Assembly (NCBI GenBank): GCA_033442325.1
Contig: JAWQFM010000021.1
Coordinates: forward strand, 1,083,692 to 1,147,691
DNA: 64,000 nt
Direction: 5' to 3'
Source of the DNA: Salpingoeca rosetta
Taxonomy: Eukaryota; Protista; Choanoflagellata
Shown here: positions 52,001-62,238 of the stretch, piece after piece
Layout: every line of letters starts with the position of its first letter
Position numbering within the stretch: the stretch's first letter is position 1
The notes under the pieces: model-generated
What the model was told of the DNA's origin: nothing
Databases searched by the model: none
Seen by the model: only the letters and a program-made list of their open reading frames with translations
Position numbers and translations under genes: made by a program

Positions 52001-53457
52001 CAGACCTACGCCCCAACACCAGCAGCCAAGACCATCCTCACTGTACTCGCCGTCTCCCTGCAACGACAGCACCAGCTGCACCAGCTCGACTTCAAGTCGG
52101 CTTACCTGCAGGCTGATCTCAAGGAGGAGCTGTACATGGAGCTGCCGCCGCACTTCACCGACATCGGCGACGGCGCTCAACGCTACGCGGGCAAGGTGTG
52201 CCGGCTGCTCAAGCCGCTCTACGGCCTCAAGCAAGCTGGCCGTGCATGGGCCAAGAAGCTGCACACCTTCCTCAAGACCAACGGATGGGCGCAGAGCAAC
52301 GTCGACGCCTGCCTCTTCACCAAGCTCCACGACGACGGACAGCGCACATGGATCATCACGTACGTCGACGACCTCATCATCAGCGGCAGCAGCGAGCGCC
52401 ACATCCGTGCCTGCAAGCAGCAGATCAAGGAGAGCTTCGAGGCAGAGGACCTGGGCCCGCTCACCTGGTACCTGGGCCTTCACCTGACGTCACCAGCTGA
52501 CGGGGTGTTGCATATTGCGCAGACACAGGCCATCAACGACATCGTCAACGACTACAACCTGGCAGCGGCAGCCAGCGTGTCCACGCCCATGCGTGTTGGC
52601 ATCGACGCCTCCAGCATCAGCGAGCAGCCCGACCAACGCCTGCCTTTCCGCAACCTCGTCGGCTCGCTCCTGTACCTGGCCAACCGCACGAGACCAGACG
52701 TCAGCTTCGCGTGCGGACTGCTCTGCCGTTACATGGACCGTTACACGACGGTCCACTGGCAGGCAGCCAAGCACGTCGTGCGGTACCTGAAGGCGACGAG
52801 CGAGCACGGCCTCCTCTTCAAGCGACGCAGCGGCACGCGCAAGGACCAGCCGCTGGACCTTGTGTGCTACAGCGATGCCAGCTTCGGCACCGACCAGCTG
52901 ACGGGCCGCTCCACGACGGGCTTCACCTGCTACATCAACGGCNNNNNNNNNNNNNNNNNNNNNNNNNNNNNNNNNNNNNNNNNNNNNNNNNNNNNNNNNN
53001 NNNNNNNNNNNNNNNNNNNNNNNNNNNNNNNNNNNNNNNNNNNNNNNNNNNNNNNNNNNNNNNNNNNNCCTACACACGTGAGTTGTGTGCCATGTGTGTG
53101 TGTGTGTGTGCATGCCCGTCATGCTTGGCAAATGCCATGTGTGCGTGCCATGCAGTGTTGTGAAGTGTTGTCTGTTGTGTATGCTTGCCTGCAAGCATTC
53201 ATGCCATGCTTAGCATTGCTCTGCGCGCATGTATGCATGCTGCTCATTGTTTAGATTGTTTATGTTCGTGCACACTCTGCTCATGTCGCCTTGGCAGCTC
53301 TGTTGACTGTGTGTGCACTTGTCGAGTGTTTGTTTGAGCGTGCTGCCCGAGTTGATTTGGCAGCCGCTTGTTGTGCTTGTTCATTCTCCTTGTGTTCTTG
53401 TTTGTTGCGTTTGCCTACAGTAAACACACACACACACACACCTGTCGTGTCTCAACA
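49010..53457 (+). mobile_element. Ty1/copia element B: PBS-like site ~49016-49030, gag-pol 49139 to at least 52942, probable 3' LTR 53069-53457
   Basis: gag LPKFSG..FHAW; protease WLADTGASHH; HEVLGH..CTTC; integrase QNGIVER; RT FKARWVAKGFSQ, YVDD. GATTATGAGACCCAG resembles the copia GGTTATGGGCCCAG PBS. The LTR-like segment ends CTCAACA exactly where a minus-strand gag ORF is cut. Confidence 0.88.
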
Positions 53458-54125
53458 AAGTTGCAGAACGCGCAAGTCACGCGCTCTGCAGGTGGACAGC
53501 ATGGTCCACCGCTCGTGTCGGAGGGCGACGTGCCAGCGTGCATCGGCGATGCAGCGAAGGAGCCAGAGCCTGGCCCACCGATGGCGAGCACAGGCGTGCG
53601 CTTCTTGGGACGATGCAGGCGGCGCTCTTCCTGGATGAGGTCCGCCGTCATCTTGGACAGTGACGGCGGCGGGTCCTCGCGCTCCATGAACCGCATCGCC
53701 ACATCAAACTCCGCGGGGAGTTCGTTGCGGACGAGGGTGCGCAGGTCGTCCTCCGGGATGGACACGCCGGCAGCAAGGAGCTGCGAGTTGATGTCCGTGA
53801 TGCGGGACATGAACGTGTCGACGGTATCCGTGGGCAACCAGGTGGTTGAGGAGAGCTGCTGCCTGAGGCGGCTGACGTGGTCCTTGCCGCTGCGGATGTA
53901 GCGCTCGCGGAGACGGCGCAGCGCAAGCACACCGGAGCGGCCACGGTTGTTGGTGATGGCCAGCCGCAGCGGGTGTCCCGTCAGGACGCCAAGGAGGAAC
54001 GCGAAGCGAAGATGGCTGCGTCAACCTGTGGATCACGGGGATCCAGCAGGCCAGAGGCTCGGGACGCCACCTGCGCTCCTCCGCTCGGAGTGGCGGAAGA
54101 ATGGAGAGAGGAAGAGGACGAAGAT
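53458..54125 (-). pseudogene. Copia gag fragment (probably element A), cut at the zinc knuckle by element B and upstream by the Harbinger element
   Basis: LALRRLRERY..SRLRQQL..TVDTFMSRITDI..LPAEFD..LIQEERR..VTCAFC resembles retrotransposon gag. Frameshifted by a duplicated GCGAA at 54001-54010. Confidence 0.75.
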
Positions 54126-54289
54126 AGAGGATTTCTGCGACACAAGTTTGACAGACGAAATCTGACAAACAGCTCTTTTTTGTCGAGTCAGCAACTTTTA
54201 TTTGTCAGACTTGAGTGAGTGCGCCGTCAAACTTGTCAGATCCGATCCAACGTCCAAAGTTTGACAGAGGCAGGTTGTCTAAAGAAATC

Positions 54290-54648
54290 ATGGAGAATCC
54301 TCGCAAGAAGCGCAAGCGATCGCAGCTCACGCCACAAGAATGGGCGCAAGCCATTACATGGGCCGTGGAGGCAGACCTTCCACGTCTCAAAAGCAAGCAC
54401 GGCGTTGGAGCTAAGTGGCATGATGTGAAAGACCGGCTCGTGGCTCTAGTTCAAAAGAGGGACCGTTCGTTCAACATTACAACAGAAACCATGCAGGTAT
54501 GTCAGCGCGTGCGTGATTCTGTCCCTGTTTGTTGTGAGCGTGATGGAGAAGCATTGAACGTTGATGCCATCGATGGCGATGGCTGCTTCGGGGGTGCGCT
54601 CTCTTAATATACTGTGGTGTTTCTGGATTGTGTGTGTGCGTGTGTGCG

Positions 54649-54713
<65 letters not shown>

Positions 54714-55358
54714 CATTCGCACACAGAAACACATATTACGCCAGGTAGCTACCGCTCGTGATGCAGACAGCGCCAAGTCTCGGACCGGTTTGGGAGCTGA
54801 CATTCTTCACCCCGACATTCTGCAAGCAGCGAGGACATTTTACGAGATGGAAGACAAGCTCGTTCAGGACCGCCGCGAAGATGAGAAGCGCAGAAGCGAA
54901 GAGGATGCGCAGCTTGTGCGAGCTGCCATGGAGCGCCGTGCCAAGGAGTCTCGCTCCCCCGTGCATGAAGACGAGGAGCCCATTCCAGCGAGATTAGTGC
55001 AAGCAATGACACAGGCGCAGACACGGTGCGTCATACGATTGCGTGTGGCTGCTATTGCCGTTGCTGATGTTGTATGGTTGTGCGCCCCTCATTCACGATT
55101 GTTGCGTTGTTTAGGGCACTTGAGCTGGAGGAACAACGGGTGCAAATCGAGAAACAGAAGCAGGTACAGTCAGTTGCCTTCAGCGCGGTTTGTCGGTGTG
55201 CTGTCATGTTTTTATTCACCTGTGCTCATTTCATGCATCCGTTGCATCATCTGATTTCTGCACAGGAGGATAACAGCAAGGTCCTCGCAGCGATGCTGAA
55301 GAGCTTGGAAACAATGACCAAGACAATCGATGCGCTTTCCAAGGGGCGTGCACAATAA
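54290..55358 (+). CDS. Harbinger 1 accessory Myb/SANT-like DNA-binding protein, 4 exons
   Basis: MENPRKKRKR (NLS-like), Trp-spaced helical region (QEWAQAITW..AKWHDVKDRL), coiled-coil tail; phase-consistent introns; position inside the TIRs. Confidence 0.7.
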
Positions 55359-55476
55359 CCGTCCACCGCATGTTCTTCTCGGCGTCGTGTATTCTGTGTT
55401 CATGTTACCAAGCGCTTCGTGAAGCTTGTCACGGGTACCTTTACTTTCAGTAAACGCAAATACACAAAAGACACAG

Positions 55477-57088
55477 TCAATCATTCAAGAGGTATTCCTC
55501 GAGAGAAGGGGGGTGGCAAGCAAAGTACTTACTTGTTTGACTCCCGTAGAGACAATTCAAGCAGTTTGCAAGCAAGAAAGCGCAACGAATGAAAGAAGCG
55601 ACAGGGCCTTGCCCGACCTTCAGGCTCCTGCTGTATGTAATAAAAGCAAACGAGTTTCCAACACACCCGAACTCCCACTCCACACTGACCCTTACTGACG
55701 AAAGGTGTCTTCGAAGGTCAGCCTCAGGTGTTCCATTTTGTACGTTCCGAGGCAAGGGCAGTAGTCTTGCGGACCGAGCATATGCAGCATCTCCCAGAAC
55801 TTTCAAGGACGAGGAGAGGTGCTCAAGCTTGTCCGTTACGTGGGAGGCGGAGTAGATTCTGGCATCATGCCAGCGACCTGAAGCACCCGCACACAGAGAG
55901 AGTACCACACATATCAGCGTGATCAAGACTGTTGAGTGGGCAGGGGTTGGTTTGCTGTAACGAGAGTCTTCATCATGTCCGGCAGCGAGAACAAACCTGG
56001 TGCTGGTCCAAAGAGCGCGCCGATCATACCATTGGGAAGGGATATGGCCTGCAGCTTGAGTCCGTTGTGCCGTTTGTGCCTTACAGCAGCGAGGTTCGTG
56101 AAAACGCAGCATGAGCCCACTCAAGCACCCGATGAAGACACAATCTCCTCACACCTACACATATATTCATCACGAGCACGCAAACAATTAGAAGAACACA
56201 CCCATTGTAAGAAGCAATCTGATGGCGCCTATGTCGGGGGCGAGATATGGCAATGAGTGTCCCATCCACGAACCCTATGTGACACACACAAACGCAGGGA
56301 ACATATTGAGTTCTGCATGTCACTCGATACAACAACGACAACGAAAGAGATCTCCTGTGTTATCTGAAACTCATGTGCCTTCTTTGCAGGTGTAATGGTC
56401 TGGTTGCACTGGCTCTGTTGATGCATCGTCTGTCGTATCCATCCAGGCTCAGCACGATCCTACGGAGCTTCTGTGAGTCGCATTTTCATGCTCGTGTTGA
56501 CAATTGCATGCGGTCTATCTCAAATAAGCCCTCACCCACCTCTCGTTGCGATGTTTGTAGGCCTTAGCTGGTCTCCAGGGAAACTTTCAACGATCCTGTT
56601 GGACATTGCTGGGGATCTTTCGAGCAAGCACGCCTCCAGGCTGGAGTTCTCACGATACTTGTTTGCACAGCATAGGCTTCACGAGTACGCCGCATCTGTG
56701 CAGGAAAAGGGCGTGTCGTTGCCTGATAGCCAATTTATTTTCGGTGAGTGGACAAGGGGTGCAACGCAATATCGCCGTGAACGTCAAGCGTCAGTGCAAC
56801 GTACTTTGTGCGATGCTCTCGGCCATACCAAGGTCGAACATTCAGATTGATTGCCAGACGACGAAAATGGCTCAACGAGTGCACGCGAAAGAAGTACTTG
56901 AACTCCTTGTTGGTGAAGATGGTTAAGTCAAGGGTGTTGGACATGTCAACCCAGGCACGTGGCACACTCGCCAGTCGCCGATACATAAAGTAGAGTAGCA
57001 GAGCCTGACGCTGCTGAAACGTCTTGTGGGGCGATGCTGCAATTATCATCATCTGCTCGTCCACACCCCTCCAGGTCACTGCAGCCAT
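55477..57088 (-). CDS. Harbinger 1 DDE transposase. Exons 1, 4, 5, 6 on -, exons 2 (56390-56472) and 3 (56561-56743) on +
   Basis: GFVDGT, YNGHKRHNGLKLQ, GPAPGRWHD, LGDAAY, SSVRVSVEWEFG on -. The N-terminal part ALALLMHRLSYPSRL..LHEYAASVQEKG is on +. Confidence 0.82.
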
Positions 57089-57237
57089 GGTGCTTGTCTT
57101 GCTTGTGGATTCGAGTGGTTGGCGGGATCATCAACCTCTCTTGTCTGTCTGAGCTTTGTCAAGTTTGACTTTGACGACATTGCTAGCCCCGAACTGTCAG
57201 ATTTGATTTCGTCAAACTTGTGTCGCAGAAATCCTCT

Positions 57238-57445
57238 GATGGCTGAGCGCCGTGGTCGTCGCCATCGCCCTCGTCGTCATCATCGTCATCATGGTCCTCC
57301 ACGTCGTGGCGGGCGCCAGTGCGGCGCGGGCCGCGTTGAGCGCAGGAGCGAGTGCGGGGACCCGAAGCACCGTGGGTGCTTGGGCTCGGCGATGAGGCAG
57401 CTGCTGGAGCCTGCCCGTCTCCTTGGTGGTCAGCACCACCCTCGG
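57238..57445 (-). pseudogene. Upstream continuation of the copia gag interrupted by Harbinger 1
   Basis: Removing 54126-57237 and one GAT gives the continuous frame DDHGAQPSSSSSSLHSS. Confidence 0.6.
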
Positions 57446-57776
57446 TGTTGACAGGCAAGTTGTAACGTCGCTCGCCTGTCTCTTTCTGTCTCTCCCCTCT
57501 GCCTCTCCGACTCCCTTACCACTGCACCTTGTCCCGCTGTGTCCCACTGTTTCCCCCTTCTCGCCCTTCGAGGCATCGTATTGCTCTGGATGTTCTTTGT
57601 TCTCCTAATGTTCTGATGTCATGTTTAGTCTGATTGACGTCATGTTTAACTCGTGAGTGTCGTATAGTAGCGTTTGCCTGTGTCGTGTCACGCCGTGCCC
57701 AGTGCCTCGGAACTGCTTGCCTCTCGGCGGCGATCCCGTCATCAACTAAGATGACGGCACGACACATGCCTGCATG
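57446..57776 (+). mobile_element. First 15 bp of a family-A LTR (TGTTGACAGGCAAGT, opposite orientation) followed by a probable different LTR starting TGTAACG at 57461
   Basis: Exact 15-nt match to the LTR-A 5' terminus, then an abrupt switch to unrelated sequence beginning TGTAAC that runs into a gap. Confidence 0.55.
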
Positions 57777-57876
57777 NNNNNNNNNNNNNNNNNNNNNNNN
57801 NNNNNNNNNNNNNNNNNNNNNNNNNNNNNNNNNNNNNNNNNNNNNNNNNNNNNNNNNNNNNNNNNNNNNNNNNNNN

Positions 57877-58138
57877 GGTGACCAGCAGAAGACAGGATTT
57901 GTCGACATCGCAATAGTGGTGTCGTGGTCAGTGTTTGTTGAGACTTCTGTGCTTATATGGTGTGTTACCCAAGAGCATGTAACATTGAGCAACCACACAA
58001 GCTAAACACGGCACGTGCGACAGGTTGGAGGGAAATCACGTGAACGTTCCAGAACACAAGAGAGGTGAGTGCAAATTTGTGGTGTCGTGAAGAAGGGAGG
58101 TCAATGATGACTCAGCAGACAGGACTTGCCTGTCAACA
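57877..58138 (-). mobile_element. Partial family-A LTR beside a gap
   Basis: Aligns to ~44560-44814, is more divergent near the gap, and ends TGTCAACA. Confidence 0.8.
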
Positions 58139-58362
58139 GTAGTACTTCCAGCATACCTCACTCGCGTACTTTCCTCAAGTAGCGTTTCAACGGTACTGTG
58201 CTGGACTCAATTGTGACCTTTTTTCTTTCACCCAGTAGCACCGTATGCCGTAGCACTCATATGGGTGCAGGGTAGCTGAGTGTGCGTTGTAGCACTAGTG
58301 TCACTGTTTCGTTAACACAGGAGAAGATTCCTGACGCACAACAAAACACAACTGTAGAACAC

Positions 58363-58780
58363 TCATGGTGATGGTGCTGTTGTTGGAGACTTGTGTGTGT
58401 GTGTGTGCTGTGTGTGCTGTGTGTTGTGTGGGAGATTGTCTTGGCAAGAGAGAGTTGTGTGTGTTTACTTGAGTTGTGAAGCAAACAAGGATGTAGGATG
58501 AATGAACACTCCAACAGAAAGAAACAGAGCAGAAGACAAGAATTGTCGACAACGCAAAGTGGTGACGTGGCAGTGTTTGTTGAGAGTTGTGTGGTTATAT
58601 GGTGTGTTATGCAAGAGCATGTAACATCGAGCAACCACACAAGCTAAACACTGCACGTGCGACAGGTTGGAGGGAAATCACGTGAACGTTCCAGAACACA
58701 AGAGAGGTGAGTGCAAATTTGTGGTGTCGTGAAGAAGGGAGGTCAATGATGACTCAGCAGACAGGACTTGCCTGTCAACA
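58363..58780 (-). mobile_element. Family-A LTR with a degenerate left terminus
   Basis: Near-identical to 44392-44814. Confidence 0.85.
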
Positions 58781-59605
58781 GTAGTACTTCCAGCATACCT
58801 CACTGTCTTACCATAAAGCTGTCATGACAGACACCAGTGTTGTGGAAAGTATGTAAGCTCAGAATAACCACAAAGAAACATGTGTACCACAGAAGTCAAA
58901 CATGCATGTCAGCTTACCTTCAAAGCCACTGGCAACGAAGCTGAACGTCCGATCGTGGCGAATCGCGACAAAAACGTTCATTGCATAGAACTTCTTGCGG
59001 CACATCCAAGCTGACGTTTCTTCTTCGGTCATCCCAATGTTTCGAAAAGGCACCAAGGTACCATCTGCTGTTGCAAGTTCATGGTGGTGGTGCTGTTGTT
59101 GGAGACTTGTGTGTGTGTGTGTGCTGTGTGTGCAGAGTGTGCTGTGTGTTGTGTGGGAGATTGTCTTGGCAAGAGGAAGTTGTGTGTGTTTACTTGAGTT
59201 GTGAAGCAAACAAGGATGTAGGATGAATGAACACTCCAACAGAAAGAAACAGAGCAGAAGACAAGAATTGTCGACAACGCAAAGTGGTGACGTGGCAGTG
59301 TTTGTTGAGAGTTGTGTGGTTATGTGGTGTGTTATGCAAGAGCATGTAACATCGAGCAACCACACAAGCTAAACACTGCACGTGCAACAGGTTGGAGGGA
59401 AATCACGTGAACATTCCAGAACACAAGAGAGGTGAATGCAAATTTGTGGTGTCGTGAAGAAGGGAGGTCAATGATGACTCAGCAGACAGGACTTGCCTGT
59501 CAACATCTGCAGCGCCAATGCAGCATGCGAAGTACGGGTCTTGGTCAGTCCAAGCGGCCAGTTCATTGGCAATATCTTCGGCCGTTTGCGGAAACGCAAA
59601 CAGCG
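58781..59605 (-). pseudogene. Harbinger 2 transposase relic disrupted by LTR insertions
   Basis: FPQTAEDIA..YFACCIGAA|DGTLVPF..WMCRKKFYAMNV..HDRTF..SGFEG..CHDSFM, then TGA. Clearly paralogous to 59932-62134. Confidence 0.82.
59069..59505 (-). mobile_element. Solo family-A LTR with 5-bp TSD TCTGC
   Basis: TCTGC at 59064-59068 and 59506-59510 flanks TGTTGCAAG...TGTCAACA. Confidence 0.93.
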
Positions 59606-59931
59606 TCGCTGTTGACATCACGGTTCCAGTGTCAATGCTTGCTGAGTCAGCAAATTCTGCTGTAAACGTTTCTGTTCACGTGCGCCCAGAAACGGGCGTT
59701 TCTGGTTGTTTTGCCACGTGGCACTTCTCTCTCTCCTCCAGTTTTCTGTCTATGGGCGAATTCGAAGGCGAACCAAAGCTGGCCAAACTGATGCACTTTG
59801 TCACAAAACCATTCGAAGGAACCACTTTTGCAAACCAAACTGGTCGCCAAACTTTTGCGAAGGGTGAGGTTTTGGTGGGGCTGTGCAAAGCTGGGCAAAC
59901 CGTGAGCGGGCTACCCGGCTGCCCGCCAAGA

Positions 59932-60848
59932 ATGCTGACTCAGCAGCGTAAGCGAGCCGTGCTCGTGACGGTGTGGATGATGATGAGACAACGGCTGGCG
60001 ATGTTGTGGTTGCTGTTGGTCGCTGGGGGCGAGGCCAAGCGGACAAGGATCCACAGCTCTCAAGGCGTGCAGCTCACCGTTCCAAACAGGTAACAGTACA
60101 AGGGGCAACAGCCGCGTGTACGCTTGCCTTTCTGTGATAGTGAACACTGGAGTTAGCGAGTGTAATCACTGTTCGTCACACTGTCACAGACGTTTTCAGG
60201 AGCATCTTCAGTTGCAGAACAGTGCGTTCAGACGCAAGTACTTCATGAGCAAGAAACAATTCAAGACACTGGTTCGGATGATTCGCCCATGGCTGCCTCA
60301 GCGCAAGCACAAGCAGGTGAGTCCGTGTGAGTGAGAGCGCGCGCGCGCGCGTGTGTGTGTGTGTTTGCAAGTGTGTGTGACTCCTGTTCGCTGTTTGGTT
60401 CAAATGTTCTGCTTATGCAAGTCATTGTTGATACGATTGCAGGTGGACATGAATGTGATTGTTGCTGCTGTTGTCAATCATCTTCAGGCGGGCAGCTCTT
60501 ACTGGAGGTGCGCCGATCACTATGGTATCAGCACGTCATTACTGTGGGAATACGAAGAACACGTAAGTCATGTACTTGTGTGTTTCGGTTCTCAGCTTGG
60601 GTTGGTTGCAAGTCACTACAAGTACCGGTGAACGCTTAGTGTGAACAATGTGTCCTTGTTGTGCAGGTTCTCAGGGGCATAATTCGTGGCCTCTCACATC
60701 TTGTTCGCTTTCCTTCGACCCCAGAAGAGATTGCACGAGAGACAGAGTATTGGTCGGAGCACGATGAGTACTTTAAAGGGTGTATTGGAGCTGCCGATAG
60801 AACGCTGGTCACATTTCGACCTCGACGTATCCATGCATTCAATGCTCA

Positions 60849-60908
<60 letters not shown>

Positions 60909-62134
60909 TGTGTGTGTCTGTCTGTCTGTGTATTTGTGTGCGTATGTGTGTCTGTGTATTTGTGTGCGTCTGTGTGTCTGTGTATTTGCGTGCGTGCGTG
61001 CGTGCGTGTGTGTGTGTGTGCGCGTCTGTGTGTGTCTGTGCGTGTGTGTCTGTGCGTGTGTGTCTGTGTGTCTGTGCCTCTGTGTGTGTATGTATTTGTG
61101 TGCGTCTGTGTGTGTGTGTGTGCGTCAGCAGTCGCTGACCTACCTCAGCAGTCGCTGACCTACCTCGCAAGCACAGTGTATGCTCACGTACTGCATGAAC
61201 CTGTGCCTGCCTGCGTGCGTGTACGTTCGTGTTTGTGTGCGCGGGTATGTGTGTATGTGCATGTGTGGTCGTGAAACAGGTATCTCCGAGTCAAAGCGGA
61301 AAACGTGGTTCTGCAGAAAGGAAAAGCAGGCAATGAATGTATTGGTTAGTGTAAACCATGACCGCACTTTCCAGTATGTCAGCGCGGGATTTGAAGGTAT
61401 GCATCATCTCTCGTATTGTTTTAACCTCCTTTGCCCGGTAGTCTGTCAACTAGACATCGTAGCTCCTTTCATCGTGTGTTACATGGATGTTGCAGGTGCT
61501 TGCCATGACTCCTTCATGATCACCAAAGTTGGGTTCGTCGACCGCATCCCTACTGGAACGTATGTCCTGTTTGATGCGGGCGGTCCGCTTGTGGAGCATC
61601 GCATCCTCGTTCCCTTCAAAGGTATGATAGATGGGTGTGCGTGCATGCATACGTGTGTGCGTGCGCATGGCTGTATGACGTATGTACGTGCATGTGTGTG
61701 TATGCTTCGTGTGCGTGCACGGTTGTATGATGCGTGTGGATATTCATTCACTTGTGTTGTGACTCCATTGGCCGTCCTGCATCGCAGCAACACGCTACCA
61801 TGTCAGTGCCTTCACAGATAATCCACCACTCAATGCAAAGGAGGCATTTAACTGGAGACACTCCAGCAAACGCATGAGAGTGGAGCAGGCAATAGGCCAC
61901 CTCAAGCAGCGTTTCCAGATACTAGCACAGGAGAAGCTGACATGCACGCCCGAACGGGCAGTCGACTTCGTGCTTGCAAGTGCTGCACTTCACAACTACA
62001 TCGGGGCACCAGACGACACTGAAGTACCCCTCTACCAAGATGCTCCGATACCCACAAACCAAGCACCCACCCAACAAGCGATGCAGTGGCGCCAACACAT
62101 TGCTGATGCTTGCTTTGAACAGTGGTGTTCATAA
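59932..62134 (+). CDS. Harbinger 3 DDE transposase (HARBI1-like), 7 exons
   Basis: [88 protein letters not shown]. Confidence 0.87.
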
Positions 62135-62238
62135 ATATATTTATGAGTGAGAAGCCATCAATCGTAAAACGTGCTGCACACACAACAAACACAACACCAC
62201 AGAACAGGCAGCAGCAAACCACAGCAACGACATCAGCA

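Larger units (their letters stand above)
54126..57237. mobile_element. Full-length PIF/Harbinger DNA transposon 1 (3112 bp), 27-bp perfect TIRs, GAT target duplication
   Basis: AGAGGATTTCTGCGACACAAGTTTGAC at 54126-54152 and its reverse complement at 57211-57237; GAT at 54123-54125 and 57238-57240; two convergent genes inside. Confidence 0.92.

Noticed and set aside
45042-52942. A novel reverse-transcriptase system formed by two divergent RT genes
   Set aside because: Both are ordinary copia pol genes, and nested insertion explains the layout.
57877-59505. Spaced repeats as a CRISPR-like array
   Set aside because: They are ~430-bp LTR copies with TG..CA ends and a TSD, in a eukaryotic context with no cas genes.
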